Assembly (NCBI RefSeq): GCF_028290105.1
Contig: NZ_JAQGKL010000098.1
Span: 13,775 to 77,774, forward strand
Direction of reading: 5' to 3'
Length of the DNA stretch: 64,000 nucleotides
DNA from: Methylobacterium sp.
GTDB taxonomy: Bacteria; Pseudomonadota; Alphaproteobacteria; Rhizobiales; Beijerinckiaceae
Shown: positions 1 to 9,735 of the stretch, piece by piece
How positions within the stretch are numbered: position 1 is the first letter of the stretch
Layout: each line of letters opens with the position of its first letter
Program-made: the position numbers and the translations under genes
The notes under the pieces: model-generated
Told to the model about the DNA's origin: nothing
Seen by the model: only the letters and a program-made list of their open reading frames with translations
Database searches by the model: none

Positions 1-42
1 CAGGGTCAGCGCGGAGATCGCGCCCAAGGCTGACAGTCTCAT
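1..42 (-). CDS. 5' end of a probably secreted protein (runs off the left edge)
   Basis: ATG at 42 (minus) reads MRLSALGAISALTL, signal-peptide-like; purine-rich RBS (GGAAGGAGAAG) upstream. Confidence 0.55.
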   Translation of the reverse strand, partial: MRLSALGAISALTL

Positions 43-290
43 CGTCTTCTCCTTCCAACGCGACACGAATTCCCACGCGACACGAACCATCCAGGGACGG
101 TCGACCCTAGGAACTCGCATGAGCCCGCTTTGGACGCGTCGCGATCGGCGAAAATCGCCCGGGTGTGCGTCCGAACACTTCGCAACCCGCAATGGTCGTG
201 TCGCTCGCAGCGATCGCGATCGAGGATCGGCGCCGCGCGAGACCGCCGTGCCTGGATGAGGGCGACGCACCTGGACGAGGCCGCTGTGCC

Positions 291-316
291 AGAACATCGC
301 ACGGCGTTGCGGCGTT
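291..316 (+). promoter_or_regulatory. putative sigmaEcfG (general stress response) promoter
   Basis: AGAAC-N17-CGTT about 40 bp upstream of ATG 359; consensus GGAAC-N16/17-CGTT. Confidence 0.45.
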
Positions 317-358
317 ACCCGATGCGTGCTTCACGCCAACATCAGGGAGAAAAACGCC

Positions 359-682
359 ATGACGGCTATCGCACGGACCCTTACCGTTGCCGGCACCCTC
401 GCCCTCGCTGCCGGCACCCTCGTTTTTGCTGCCGGCACCCTTGCCCTCGGGCCGGCCGCCCTCGCGGCCGAGGGGGGCTCGGGCACGACCAAGTCGGGCA
501 CCCTGAACAGCACCGGCCCGAACGATGCCGGCGCCGGCTCGTCACCGGGCGCCAGCGGCAGTGGTCCCTCGACGGGCGACAAGAGCCGCTCCGGCACCGC
601 CAACAGCACCGGGGCCAACGATGCGGGCTCCGGGTCCTCGCCGGGAGCATCGGGCAAGGGCGCCAGTTCCCCGACCCGCTGA
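359..682 (+). CDS. small secreted low-complexity G/S/T-rich protein
   Basis: RBS AGGGAG; signal peptide with 21-bp triple repeat (AGTLxxA); mature part holds two copies of NSTGxNDAGxGSSPGASG. Confidence 0.75.
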   Translation: MTAIARTLTVAGTLALAAGTLVFAAGTLALGPAALAAEGGSGTTKSGTLNSTGPNDAGAGSSPGASGSGPSTGDKSRSGTANSTGANDAGSGSSPGASGKGASSPTR

Positions 683-887
683 GACCGGGACGAGATGCCG
701 GGCGTGCGGCCGGATCCCGACGGGACGCCGGCCTCACGTTCGGCCCGAGGCCTGTTCGGGGATACTCCGCCGCGTCTCTTCCACCGGCGACGACCTGCGC
801 GATCCCGTGGGGCGTCGCCGGAACGGGACGGCGGCTTGACCGCGAGGCGCCGAGTGCCGATAGGCTGCCGACCCCACAGGAGCGTTC

Positions 888-1070
888 ATGGCTGGCCTCA
901 AGGACAAGCGCGGCTTCATCGACAAGGAGCGCCTCGACCTCTCCGAGCGCAAGGCCGTGGAGTTCTGGATGAAGCGCTGGGGCGTGACCCAGGATCAGCT
1001 CACGGCGGCGCACCGGAAGGTGGGGCGGATGACCAAGGATATCGCGGCGGAACTGGGCAAGAAGCGTTAG
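888..1070 (+). CDS. DUF3606-like small protein
   Basis: 60 aa, RBS AGGAG, pattern (D/E)xxxxFWMKRWGVTxDQLxxAxxxVG. Confidence 0.75.
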   Translation: MAGLKDKRGFIDKERLDLSERKAVEFWMKRWGVTQDQLTAAHRKVGRMTKDIAAELGKKR

Positions 1071-1137
1071 GCCCCGCGCGCGAGGCCTCGTTCGACGGGC
1101 GGAGCCGGTTGCGTTTCGCGGCGTGTGGAGTTCACGG

Positions 1138-1395
1138 ATGCCCCGCTACTTCTTCCATACGCAGATCGGCGACGACGTCGTGACGGACGAATCCGGTTCG
1201 GAGCTGCGCGATGCCGACGCCGCCTGGACCGTGGCGCGCGAGACCATCTGGGCCACGATGGCCGAGCCCCGCAACCAGACCCGCCTGATCGGGGCCTGCC
1301 TCGTCGTCACCGATGAGGCCGGCGACGTGGTCTTCGAATTTCCGTTCGCCGAGGCGATGGTGTCGTCGCCCGGAGCGGACGGAACGCTGCACTGA
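1138..1395 (+). CDS. DUF6894-like small protein
   Basis: MPRYFFH..D..G.EL.D..AA signature and C-terminal VTDEAGDVVF; RBS GGAG. Confidence 0.8.
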   Translation: MPRYFFHTQIGDDVVTDESGSELRDADAAWTVARETIWATMAEPRNQTRLIGACLVVTDEAGDVVFEFPFAEAMVSSPGADGTLH

Positions 1396-1408
1396 GAGCC
1401 GGACGTCC

Positions 1409-1558
1409 TCAGGGCTTGCGGGTCGGCGAGGCTTCCTCGATCGCCGCCTGATGGTACCAGCTCTCGGCGAACGCCATCTGCGTGGCCCGCGGCGGCGTGG
1501 ACGCGTCACCCGACTTGCCGGTCACCTTCAATCCGAGCCCCCCGGTCTTGCCCGACAT
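1409..1558 (-). CDS. small hypothetical protein (49 aa)
   Basis: Distal part of ORF 1409-1774 from an internal ATG: MSGKTGGLGLKVTG...ESWYHQAAIEEASPTRKP; protein-like composition, weak RBS. Confidence 0.4.
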   Translation of the reverse strand: MSGKTGGLGLKVTGKSGDASTPPRATQMAFAESWYHQAAIEEASPTRKP

Positions 1559-1599
1559 CTGCGCGCGGCTCGCAAACGGAAGGATGGTTGCCGTATGTT

Positions 1600-1633
1600 G
1601 ATGATGTCCCATAGTCATGGAAGATGATGTCCC
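1600..1633. repeat. 11-bp direct repeat GATGATGTCCC x2 (23-bp period)
   Basis: Copies at 1600-1610 and 1623-1633 in an AT-richer intergenic region. Confidence 0.7.
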
Positions 1634-1759
1634 TTTGTGCACTGCGCTCGCGCCGTGACAGGACCAGAGTATAGGCACCTTCCCGGGTGATTGCATCGCT
1701 GCCGGATGCAGAAAACAGCATGATGCGAGAAATATAGGCGTGCTGAATATTCCCCCATC

Positions 1760-1782
1760 TTCGGTCAATGCCACTGACCGAA
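1760..1782. promoter_or_regulatory. operator-like palindrome TTCGGTCA-N7-TGACCGAA
   Basis: Perfect 8-bp inverted repeat, intergenic. Confidence 0.45.
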
Positions 1783-1944
1783 ACGTGGCGTGGAGGCCCG
1801 CAACACTTCCTTCACCCTGTCCGCCGCGAACCCGCCGATGACGCTCCGGCGCGCTGATCGATGTGCGCTGGCGCAGTGCCGTGCCCCGGGCACGAAGCTA
1901 GACCGCTCGCTCTCGGGACCGGGGCGTGAGGACGATGACGGTGA

Positions 1945-1989
1945 GGGCGACGATTTGCAGGGCGACGATTTGCAGGACGATGTTTTGCA
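1945..1989. repeat. 15-bp tandem repeat x3 (GGGCGACGATTTGCA)
   Basis: Two exact copies plus one degenerate copy overlapping ATG 1980. Confidence 0.75.
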
Positions 1990-2141
1990 AGCGGCGTGCG
2001 AGGTCGAAGGTGATGCTGGTGCTGACGCTGCTGGCCTTCCTCACGACGGGACGGGCGCCCGGCATGCGCGAGTTGCGCAATCCCGATGCGGAAACCGCCG
2101 GGGGCCGCGTCACGCATGCCCTGAAGCGCGACCTGGTGTGA
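1980..2141 (+). CDS. small hypothetical protein with a hydrophobic stretch (53 aa)
   Basis: MFCKRRARSKVMLVLTLLAFLTTGRAPG...; basic N-terminus followed by a hydrophobic segment. Confidence 0.45.
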   Translation: MFCKRRARSKVMLVLTLLAFLTTGRAPGMRELRNPDAETAGGRVTHALKRDLV

Positions 2142-2421
2142 TCGGCGAGACTGGTCCGATCAGAAAGACCGGTCCGCTCGGCAGGATTGGTGTGAGAAGC
2201 AGGACATGCGGCTGACAATGCCGTGAGGTTGCCGCCAGGGCGCAGGGGACAAGCCGGCCGGGCGGCGCGTCCCGGCCCCCGGCGGGTTTGACGGGTGCCG
2301 GGACGGGACCTACCGTCCGGCGCCGGCCGAGCGAGAGCGACCGAGAGCCATCCGGGGTTCCCGATCCCGGCCGCCCGGAGCCTTCGCGGCGGGCGCACGG
2401 GGCGGAGCATCGACACACGGG

Positions 2422-2841
2422 ATGGCAGGGCAGAAGACCGACGCGCGTGACGTGCATGTGGGGCAGCGGATCGCCGAGCAGCGCAAGAAGGCGTCCCTGA
2501 CCCAGAAGCGGGTGGCCCTGAGCTTCGGGATGTCCGCCGCGCAGCTGCAGAAATACGAGAAGGGCACCAATCGCATCAGTGCGATCCACCTCGACACCTT
2601 CAGCCGGATGACCGGCGTGCCGGTCGCCTACTTCTTCGACGGGCTCGAGGAGGCCGACGCGGCGTCCGGGCCGGGCCTGTCCGAGCCGCGCCAGCGCGCC
2701 TACCAGCCCGATCCCGCCGCCAACCCCTGGGAGGGCCTCGCCGACGTCGTGGCCCGGCACGTGACCGAGCATTTCTCCGACGCGGACAGGCGGCGGCTCG
2801 CGGCGGCGGTGCAGGCCCTCGGGCATAAGCTCGGAGACTGA
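2422..2841 (+). CDS. XRE/Cro-C1 family HTH transcriptional regulator
   Basis: DVHVGQRI..R...LTQ...QLQKYEKGTNRIS motif; position upstream of metK is typical. Confidence 0.9.
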   Translation: MAGQKTDARDVHVGQRIAEQRKKASLTQKRVALSFGMSAAQLQKYEKGTNRISAIHLDTFSRMTGVPVAYFFDGLEEADAASGPGLSEPRQRAYQPDPAANPWEGLADVVARHVTEHFSDADRRRLAAAVQALGHKLGD

Positions 2842-2987
2842 TTTACCGTCCGTTTCGTTCGCTTTGGCGAATTCATCCGCTTTTTCGTCTTGACCGCCGG
2901 ACGGACGGCTGACAGACACTTCGCCGTCAGAACCATCGGGTGAGGCGCCGCGACATCCTGGGCGCATCCAGACATCGGGGGCCTTGA

Positions 2988-4166
2988 ATGCCGCGTTCCA
3001 ACTACCTGTTCACGAGCGAGTCGGTCTCCGAAGGCCATCCGGACAAGGTCTGCGACCGGATCTCCGACACCGTCGTCGACGCCTACCTCGCCGTGATGCC
3101 GGAGGCCCGCCTCGGCGTCGAGACCCTGGCCACCACCAACCGCATCGTCATCGCGGGCGAGGTGCGCGGCCCCGATTCCGTGACCTTCGACCACCTCGAG
3201 CACCTCACCCGCGAGGCGGTGAAGGACATCGGCTACGAGCAGTCGGGCTTCCACTGGAAGAACAACGACATCGCGATCCACCTGCACGCCCAGTCCGCCG
3301 ACATCGCCCAGGGCGTGGATTCGGCCGGCAACAAGGACGAGGGCGCGGGCGACCAGGGCATCATGTTCGGCTACGCGTCCGACGAGACGCCCGAGCTGAT
3401 GCCGGCGCCGATCTACTACGCCCACAAGATCCTCAAGGACCTCGCCGACGCCCGCAAGGGCCGCCAGGGCGACGCCGCCAAGCTCGGCCCCGACGCCAAG
3501 AGCCAGGTCACGGTCCGCTACGAGAACGGTCGCCCGGTCGGCGTCACCCAGATCGTGCTCTCCACCCAGCACGTCGACGAGTCCCTCGACTCGGCCGACG
3601 TCCGCGCCATCGTCGAGCCCTACATCCTCGCCGCCCTGCCGCAGAACTGGGTCTCCGAGGAGACGGTCTGGCACGTGAACCCCACGGGCAAGTTCGTCAT
3701 CGGCGGTCCCGACGGCGACGCCGGTCTCACCGGCCGCAAGATCATCGTCGACACCTACGGCGGCGCCGCACCCCACGGCGGAGGCGCCTTCTCGGGCAAG
3801 GACCCGACGAAGGTCGACCGCTCGGCGGCCTACGCGGCCCGCTACCTCGCCAAGAACGTGGTGGCGGCGGGCCTCGCCACCCGCGCCACGATCCAGCTCG
3901 CCTACGCCATCGGCGTCGCCAAGCCGCTCTCGATCTACGTCGACCTGCACGGCACCGGACAGGTGGACGAGGCCCGCCTCGAGAACGTGCTGATGAGCGC
4001 CCTCGACCTGTCGCCCCGCGGCATCCGGACGAAGCTCGGCCTCAACAAGCCGATCTACGCCCGCACCTCCGCCTACGGCCATTTCGGCCGGGCGCCGGAC
4101 GCCGATGGCGGCTTCTCCTGGGAGCGCGTCGACCTCGCCGACAGCCTCAAGTCGGCCCTGGCCTGA
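2988..4166 (+). CDS. metK: S-adenosylmethionine synthetase
   Basis: [19 protein letters not shown] and GGGAFSGKD signatures. Confidence 0.98.
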   Translation: MPRSNYLFTSESVSEGHPDKVCDRISDTVVDAYLAVMPEARLGVETLATTNRIVIAGEVRGPDSVTFDHLEHLTREAVKDIGYEQSGFHWKNNDIAIHLHAQSADIAQGVDSAGNKDEGAGDQGIMFGYASDETPELMPAPIYYAHKILKDLADARKGRQGDAAKLGPDAKSQVTVRYENGRPVGVTQIVLSTQHVDESLDSADVRAIVEPYILAALPQNWVSEETVWHVNPTGKFVIGGPDGDAGLTGRKIIVDTYGGAAPHGGGAFSGKDPTKVDRSAAYAARYLAKNVVAAGLATRATIQLAYAIGVAKPLSIYVDLHGTGQVDEARLENVLMSALDLSPRGIRTKLGLNKPIYARTSAYGHFGRAPDADGGFSWERVDLADSLKSALA

Positions 4167-4170
4167 CCCC

Positions 4171-4956
4171 ATGACCCTGGGGCGGGACGATTCCCCGCCC
4201 CATCCGGGCGGGCACCCGGCCGGTCCGGGCGGGCACCCGGCCGTTTCGGTCGGGCACGATGCGGAAGGCGCCGAGCGCGCCTTCTACGGCCGCCGCAAGG
4301 GCAAGCGCCTGCGCGCGGGCCAGGAGCAGCGCCTCGTCGAATTGCTGCCGGTCCTGCGGCTGACCCTGCCGCCACCGGGCGCGTTCATCGATCCGCAGGC
4401 GCTGTTCCCGGTTCCCACCGACGAGGTCTGGCTGGAGATCGGTTTCGGCGGCGGCGAGCACCTCGCCGCCCAGGCCACGCGGAATCCGCGCACGGGCATC
4501 ATCGGCGCCGAGCCCTTCGTGAACGGCGTCGTGAAGCTGCTGCGGGCGGTGGACGACGGTGCCCTGCGCAACGTCCGGGTCTGGGACGAGGACGCGACCG
4601 CCCTCCTGGCCGCCCTGCCGGATGCGAGTCTGACCCGGGTCTATCTCCTCTACCCCGATCCCTGGCCCAAGCGCCGGCAGCGCAAGCGCCGCTTCGTCTC
4701 GGATGCCTCGCTCGCCGAGATCGCCCGCGTGCTGAAGCCCGGCGGCCTGTTCCGCTTTGCCAGCGACATCGACGATTACGCCGGCTGGACGCTGGTGCGC
4801 GCCGCGCGCTGCCCGCAACTGGCCTGGACCGCCGAGGCGGCCCGGGACTGGACGCGGGCCTGGGCCGATTGGCCGGGCACGCGCTACGAGGCCAAGGCCC
4901 TCGCCGCCGGCCGTCCTCCGAGCTACCTCGAATTCCGGCGCGTCTCGCCCGCCTGA
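4171..4956 (+). CDS. trmB: tRNA (guanine-N7)-methyltransferase
   Basis: LEIGFGGGEH, GAEPF, YPDPWPK, FASD and TRYEAKA motifs; follows metK. Confidence 0.95.
   Translation: MTLGRDDSPPHPGGHPAGPGGHPAVSVGHDAEGAERAFYGRRKGKRLRAGQEQRLVELLPVLRLTLPPPGAFIDPQALFPVPTDEVWLEIGFGGGEHLAAQATRNPRTGIIGAEPFVNGVVKLLRAVDDGALRNVRVWDEDATALLAALPDASLTRVYLLYPDPWPKRRQRKRRFVSDASLAEIARVLKPGGLFRFASDIDDYAGWTLVRAARCPQLAWTAEAARDWTRAWADWPGTRYEAKALAAGRPPSYLEFRRVSPA
4203..4243. repeat. 21-bp tandem duplication in trmB N-terminus
   Basis: TCCGGGCGGGCACCCGGCCG at 4203 and 4224 (PGGHPA x2). Confidence 0.8.
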
Positions 4957-5128
4957 GTTGCGAACGTGGCGCGGGGACCGGGACACGGTCCCGTCAGCGG
5001 GTCGGCGGGCAAAACCCGTGATACCACCCCTGGGCGGCCTTGTTCCGCGCGACCTTCGGTTGTCTGATGGCGCCCGGTCGGGGGCCGGCCGGTGACCCGC
5101 GGCCTTCTGCGGCGAGCGAGGATGTGGA

Positions 5129-6877
5129 GTGCAGGACGCATCGAACCCGCCGTCCGGAGACGGCGACGCGGATGCGCACCTCCGGGCGGTCGCGTTCGCG
5201 CAGGCTCCGGTGGGCATCCTCGTCGTCGATGGCGCGGGCCTGATCCGCGAGGCCAACCCCGCCCTCTGCGACCTCCTCGGCTTTCCGGCCGGTGCCCTGA
5301 ACGGGCGCGCCCTCTCGGCCCTCGGGGCCGTCGCGCCGCGCGCCTGCATCCGGCGATGGCTGCGCGCGGACGGCACCGGTCTCGACCTGCGCATCCGTCC
5401 CTCCCGGCCCAGCGGCGACTTCCAGGTCCTCATCGTCGAGGCCGTCGACCCCGACGAGGTCGTCCGGGCCGATGAGAACCGCGCCGCCCTGACCGCCGCC
5501 GGGCTCGGCGAGTGGCGCTACGACTTCGCCGACGGGCAGGTCGCGCTCTCGCGCCGGGCGGCCCACATCCTCGGCCACGCGCCCGGTGCCGCCGTCAGCT
5601 GGGTCGGCCTCCAGGCCGCCCTGGAGAGCGGCGAGACCGACCGCATCCGGGCCCAGGTCCGCGCCTCGCTGCGGGAGGCCAAGCCCTTCGCCCTCGAATG
5701 CCGCCTGCGCCGGGAGCGCGACGGGGTCGCGATCGACGTGGAGGTCCGGGGCGAGGCCATCCTCGGGACGGATGGGAGGCGCCGGCCGGTCGCCGTGGTC
5801 GGGGTGATCGAGGACGTCACCGCCCGCGTCGAGACGCGCACCGCCCTGCGCGCCGGCGAGCAGCGCCTGCGCATCGCGACCTCGCTCGCCGCGCTCGGCA
5901 TCTTCGAGTGGCACATGCTCGACGACCAGGCGATCTGGGAGAACGAGCGCATGTTCGCGATCTTCGGGCGCAGGCCCGCCGACGGAGCTTTGGGAAAACG
6001 CGAGTTCCTCGACGTCGTGCTCCATCCGGAGGACCGCCCGGCCTTTCGCGCCGCCATCACGCGGGCCCTGCGGGAGGACAGCGTCCTGGAGGCTACGGGC
6101 CGCATCCGCCGCCTCGGCGACGGGGCCTGGCGCGTCCTCGATTTCGCCGGACGCTTCGAGCGGGACGGCCGCCACCGGCTGCCGCGCCGCCTGATCGGGG
6201 TCGTCGCCGACGTCACCGAGCGGCGCCTGGCCGAGGAGCGCCAGACGCTGCTGATCCGCGAGCTGCATCACCGGGTGAAGAACACGCTCGCCACGGTGCA
6301 GGCGATCGTCGGCTCCACCGCCCGCACCGCCTCCAGCATCGAGAGCTTCTACGAGGCCTTCGTGGGGCGGATCATGTCCCTGGCCCACACCCACTCGGTC
6401 CTCACCGAGGACACCTGGCAGACCGCTTCGCTGCGCAACCTGCTCGCCAACGAACTCAAGCCCTATGCGGAGGGCGCGCTGGAGGAGGGCCCCGACGGGG
6501 ATGCCCGCATCCAGCTCGTCGGGCCTTCGATCGACATGTCGTCCGAGATCGCCGTGCCGATCGGCATGGCGATCCACGAACTCACCACCAACGCGGCGAA
6601 GTACGGCGCCCTGTCCAATCGCGAGGGCCGGGTGGCGATCACCTGGGCCGTCGAGCCCGGCGGCCCGGCGGGGATCTTGCGCTTCTCCTGGGTGGAGAGC
6701 GGCGGACCCCCGGTCAGCCCGCCGACGCGCCAGGGCTTCGGCTCGCGCCTCCTCCAGCGCGTCCTGACCGCCCAGGTCCGGGCCGAGGTGACCATGACCT
6801 ATCCGCCCGAAGGCTTCTGCCTGACGATGCTGGCGCCGCTGCCGGCCCGCAACGACGCGCTCAACCCGCTGACCTGA
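5129..6877 (+). CDS. multi-PAS HWE-family sensor histidine kinase
   Basis: PAS/PAC repeats; ELHHRVKNTLA H-box; HELTTNAAKYGALS; W.E.GGP...P.RQGFGS. Confidence 0.92.
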   Translation: MQDASNPPSGDGDADAHLRAVAFAQAPVGILVVDGAGLIREANPALCDLLGFPAGALNGRALSALGAVAPRACIRRWLRADGTGLDLRIRPSRPSGDFQVLIVEAVDPDEVVRADENRAALTAAGLGEWRYDFADGQVALSRRAAHILGHAPGAAVSWVGLQAALESGETDRIRAQVRASLREAKPFALECRLRRERDGVAIDVEVRGEAILGTDGRRRPVAVVGVIEDVTARVETRTALRAGEQRLRIATSLAALGIFEWHMLDDQAIWENERMFAIFGRRPADGALGKREFLDVVLHPEDRPAFRAAITRALREDSVLEATGRIRRLGDGAWRVLDFAGRFERDGRHRLPRRLIGVVADVTERRLAEERQTLLIRELHHRVKNTLATVQAIVGSTARTASSIESFYEAFVGRIMSLAHTHSVLTEDTWQTASLRNLLANELKPYAEGALEEGPDGDARIQLVGPSIDMSSEIAVPIGMAIHELTTNAAKYGALSNREGRVAITWAVEPGGPAGILRFSWVESGGPPVSPPTRQGFGSRLLQRVLTAQVRAEVTMTYPPEGFCLTMLAPLPARNDALNPLT

Positions 6878-6917
6878 TCACGGCAGCCCGGCACCGCGCA
6901 CGATCGTGCGGCTCGTC

Positions 6918-7475
6918 TCAGCGCAGGCCGCGCGCCGCCATTTCCTCGGGGGCCTGCTCGGCCGCATCCTGGCGCGCGATCAGCGTGGCGAGATCCATCG
7001 GCCGGTATCCGCACGCATCCGCGCCGACGTCGCAGGCGCGGCTGGTATCGGGCAGGCAGGCGTGGGTGTGCCCGTAGAAGTGCCGCGTCTCCCGCCAGAA
7101 CCCCGGCCAGGACCGATGCGGGTAATGCGAGAGGAAGAGCCGCCAGGCCCGGCCATCCGCGTCCTGTACGGTGATGCGGGCGCTCTCCACGGGCGGCTCG
7201 GCCCAGGCCAGATCGAGCACGCGGTTGGTGTCGTGGTTGCCGCGCACCAGGCGCTTGATCCCGTTGAGCCGGGCGAACACCGCGGCACAATGCGCGCGGC
7301 TGGCATCGGCGGCGAAATCGCCGAGGTGCCAGACCGTGTCGCCGGCCGAGACGACCGCGTTCCAGCGCGCGATCAACGCTTCGTCGTGCGATTCCACGGA
7401 GCGGAAGGCGAAGCGCCGCCGCTGCACGAGGGGGGCATCGCCGAAATGCGTGTCGGCCGTGAAGTACGTTGCCAT
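6918..7475 (-). CDS. calcineurin-like metallophosphoesterase
   Basis: ADTHFG, HLGDF, GNHD, SHYP and GHTH metal-binding motifs. Confidence 0.88.
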   Translation of the reverse strand: MATYFTADTHFGDAPLVQRRRFAFRSVESHDEALIARWNAVVSAGDTVWHLGDFAADASRAHCAAVFARLNGIKRLVRGNHDTNRVLDLAWAEPPVESARITVQDADGRAWRLFLSHYPHRSWPGFWRETRHFYGHTHACLPDTSRACDVGADACGYRPMDLATLIARQDAAEQAPEEMAARGLR

Positions 7476-7637
7476 GCGGTTCGCGAAGTGAGCACAGGCC
7501 CGGAAGGTGCCCGGACGCTCACGTGGCGCGGGCCGCGCGCGCAGCAAGCCGGCGCGACATCAGGTCTGGTTCTCGCCCACGGCGCCCGGCCTCCAAACGG
7601 GAGGCGGCGGCTTCGATGCCGCCGCCTCCGAGGAGCC

Positions 7638-8159
7638 TCAGGCCGCCGCGTCGGCCTTGCGGGGACGCCCAACGCGCCGGGCGGGCTTGGCCTCCTCCGA
7701 TGCGTCCGGCTGCGCCTCGTCAGAGGCCGTGGCAGATGCGTCCTTGCGGTGGTTCCCGAGCCCGAGGGAACGCGCCAGCTCCGAGCGCTGGGCCGAATAG
7801 CTCGCCGAGGTCATCGGATAATCGACCGGCAGGCCATGCTTGGCCCGGTAGGCCTCGGGCGTGAGGCCACGAATGGTCAAGTGCCGGCGCAGCGTCTTGT
7901 AGGGCTTGCCGTCCTCGAAGCTGATGAGGGCATCCGGCGTGATCGACTTCTTGATCTGCGCGGGGGTCGGCTTCTCGACCTCGTCTTGCGCGGACTTGGC
8001 GGTTCCGCCCGAGGCAAGACCGCTGATGCCCGCGTAGACGCTGGCCAAGAGGTTGCCCAGTTCGCTTGCCGGGATGGAATTGTTGGAAACATAGGCCGAC
8101 ACGATTTCGGCAGCCAGCACAACGTAATCGGTCTGCTGCTCTGGGGTGACGTCTTCCAT
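7638..8159 (-). CDS. mucR: Ros/MucR family transcriptional regulator
   Basis: AEIVSAYVSNN; KSITPDALISFEDGKPYKTLRRHL; YRAKHGLPVDYPM (Cys-free variant). Confidence 0.92.
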   Translation of the reverse strand: MEDVTPEQQTDYVVLAAEIVSAYVSNNSIPASELGNLLASVYAGISGLASGGTAKSAQDEVEKPTPAQIKKSITPDALISFEDGKPYKTLRRHLTIRGLTPEAYRAKHGLPVDYPMTSASYSAQRSELARSLGLGNHRKDASATASDEAQPDASEEAKPARRVGRPRKADAAA

Positions 8160-8427
8160 GTTCTTGCGGTCCTCAAGGTGCGAAGCGGATTGTCTAAGGG
8201 GCAGGATCGGGAGGAAATCAATCTTTATCTTCGCGGATTCGCCGCGACGCCCAATTTTCAACCGCGCGGAATCGCCGACGTCGCGCGATGACGCTCGTCG
8301 AGCCCCTCGACGGCCAAGCTGCCGTCTTCCGGTGCCTGTGACGACAGGCGGCGGAGGTCCGATGAATGTGGCCGAAGGGCTTGGGCGGTACTCCGCCACG
8401 CCATGCAGAATGGTGCATCGATCCACG

Positions 8428-8443
8428 TTAGGGATGCATTAAC
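8428..8443 (+). promoter_or_regulatory. CtrA-like box TTAG-N7-TTAAC
   Basis: One mismatch to TTAA-N7-TTAAC; lies in the divergent region between mucR and ORF 8512. Confidence 0.45.
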
Positions 8444-8511
8444 CTGCTGGACAGGACCGCAATCGCCGGCCCATGATCGGCGTCCGCGGGACAGCGGGGA
8501 GGGGACGTCCG

Positions 8512-8760
8512 ATGCGTGGTGACTGGCTCTGCGACACGCCCCAGGGCGTCTTCCGGATCACGCGAACGCGCCTCGCGCAGAACGAGTGCTACGTCGTTCT
8601 GCTGGACGACGACCTGCTCGGCACGTGCGAATCCGCCGAACAGGGGCTCAAGTTGCTGACGGAGGAGCGCGCGTTCAAGGTCGCTTGCGGCCTCGACATC
8701 GCCCGGCTTCCGATCCCGCGCACGCTCACGGGCTGGACCTTCGCGCCGGCGGCATCCTGA
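8512..8760 (+). CDS. hypothetical protein
   Basis: RBS GGAGGG; globular-looking 82-aa ORF with GC3-biased codons. Confidence 0.65.
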   Translation: MRGDWLCDTPQGVFRITRTRLAQNECYVVLLDDDLLGTCESAEQGLKLLTEERAFKVACGLDIARLPIPRTLTGWTFAPAAS

Positions 8761-8797
8761 ACGCGCCGCCCCCGGCCCATTGGGGCGGTTACTCCGC

Positions 8798-8980
8798 CTA
8801 CCCCTGCGGTGAGGCCCGCTGGGCCAGCCGCAACGCCTTCAGCCGTACGGTCTTCTCATCCTGCACGCGGCTCGCATCGTGAAGCTCGGCCCAGGCCGCA
8901 TGCGCGATCCGCTCGCGCTCCGCCCCCTTGGCGGCCTTGGTCTCGAGACGGTCGACGACGTGGCTTGGCTGATCGGACAT
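8798..8980 (-). CDS. small basic hypothetical protein
   Basis: 60 aa; C-terminal KTVRLKALRLA; RBS AGGAGA. Confidence 0.65.
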   Translation of the reverse strand: MSDQPSHVVDRLETKAAKGAERERIAHAAWAELHDASRVQDEKTVRLKALRLAQRASPQG

Positions 8981-9117
8981 GAATTCTCCTACGCTGCCGA
9001 GAAGCTTTCAATAGGGCATCCGTCCGACAAAGTCGCCCTATATCACGCGGGAAGCCTTCATTAAGCACGCGCAACACGATCCAGGAACGCATTGCGCCGC
9101 GCAATGCTTCCCGTCGT

Positions 9118-9282
9118 ATGTCGCATCTGGAGCTTCTTCTCGAAGGCTTGAAAGCCAGACAGCACGACCTGCTTGTGCAGGCGGACGGCAACGGTTCGCG
9201 CGTCTGCCGGACACTCCTCAAGCGCATTGCCGAACTCGAGAACGCCATCCTCTCCATCGAAGCCCTGATCGAGGATCGGTGA
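9118..9282 (+). CDS. small coiled-coil hypothetical protein (54 aa, not in ORF track)
   Basis: Hand translation: MSHLELLLEGLKARQHDLLVQADGNGSRVCRTLLKRIAELENAILSIEALIEDR*; heptad Leu/Ile pattern. Confidence 0.55.
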   Translation: MSHLELLLEGLKARQHDLLVQADGNGSRVCRTLLKRIAELENAILSIEALIEDR

Positions 9283-9321
9283 GGCGACAGCCGCGCGTGA
9301 AGGCGACAGCCGCGCGCGTGA
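9282..9321. repeat. ~19-21 bp tandem repeat AGGCGACAGCCGCGCG(CG)TGA x2
   Basis: Seen directly between convergent genes. Confidence 0.7.
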
Positions 9322-9390
9322 GGGCGACCGCAGGGCTGGCGTGATGGGCGAAGGCCGGGTCCTGCCGTCGATTGTGCGGGCCGCGCCCGC

Positions 9391-9735
9391 TCAGCCCTTC
9401 ATCGCCTGGAAGGGGCGCAGCAGCCAGGCGAGACGGCCCGCGTCGTCGTCGTCCTCGCTCGCCGGCCGCGTCCGGGGCGGATTGCTGGGCGGCGCGGCCT
9501 CCGGTTCGGCGGCACCCTTCATGATCTGCCCGAGCAGGGACGGCAGCACGACGCCGTGCTCCTGCAGCAGCAGGGCGGCATCGAGGAGGAAGCGGATGTG
9601 GTCGTCGGGGACCGGGCGTCCCTCGATCTGGGATTCGAGGACGTTGCTGGCGAGGTGGGCCGCGAGCCGTGAGAGTTCCGGCAGGCGGTCCGATCCGCCG
9701 GATCCCTGGAGTGCGGGTGCGAGAGCGCTGCTCAT
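9391..9735 (-). CDS. hypothetical protein
   Basis: 114 aa; RBS GGGGAG; helical amphipathic core. Confidence 0.6.
   Translation of the reverse strand: MSSALAPALQGSGGSDRLPELSRLAAHLASNVLESQIEGRPVPDDHIRFLLDAALLLQEHGVVLPSLLGQIMKGAAEPEAAPPSNPPRTRPASEDDDDAGRLAWLLRPFQAMKG

Noticed and set aside
2842-2987. SAM riboswitch upstream of metK
   Set aside because: TGATTTACCG loosely resembles SAM-II, but the downstream TTGCAAG and GTAGCTAAA elements are absent, and no SAM/SAH core is seen
5129-6877. LOV blue-light sensor
   Set aside because: No GxNCRFLQ motif in the PAS domains of either HWE kinase
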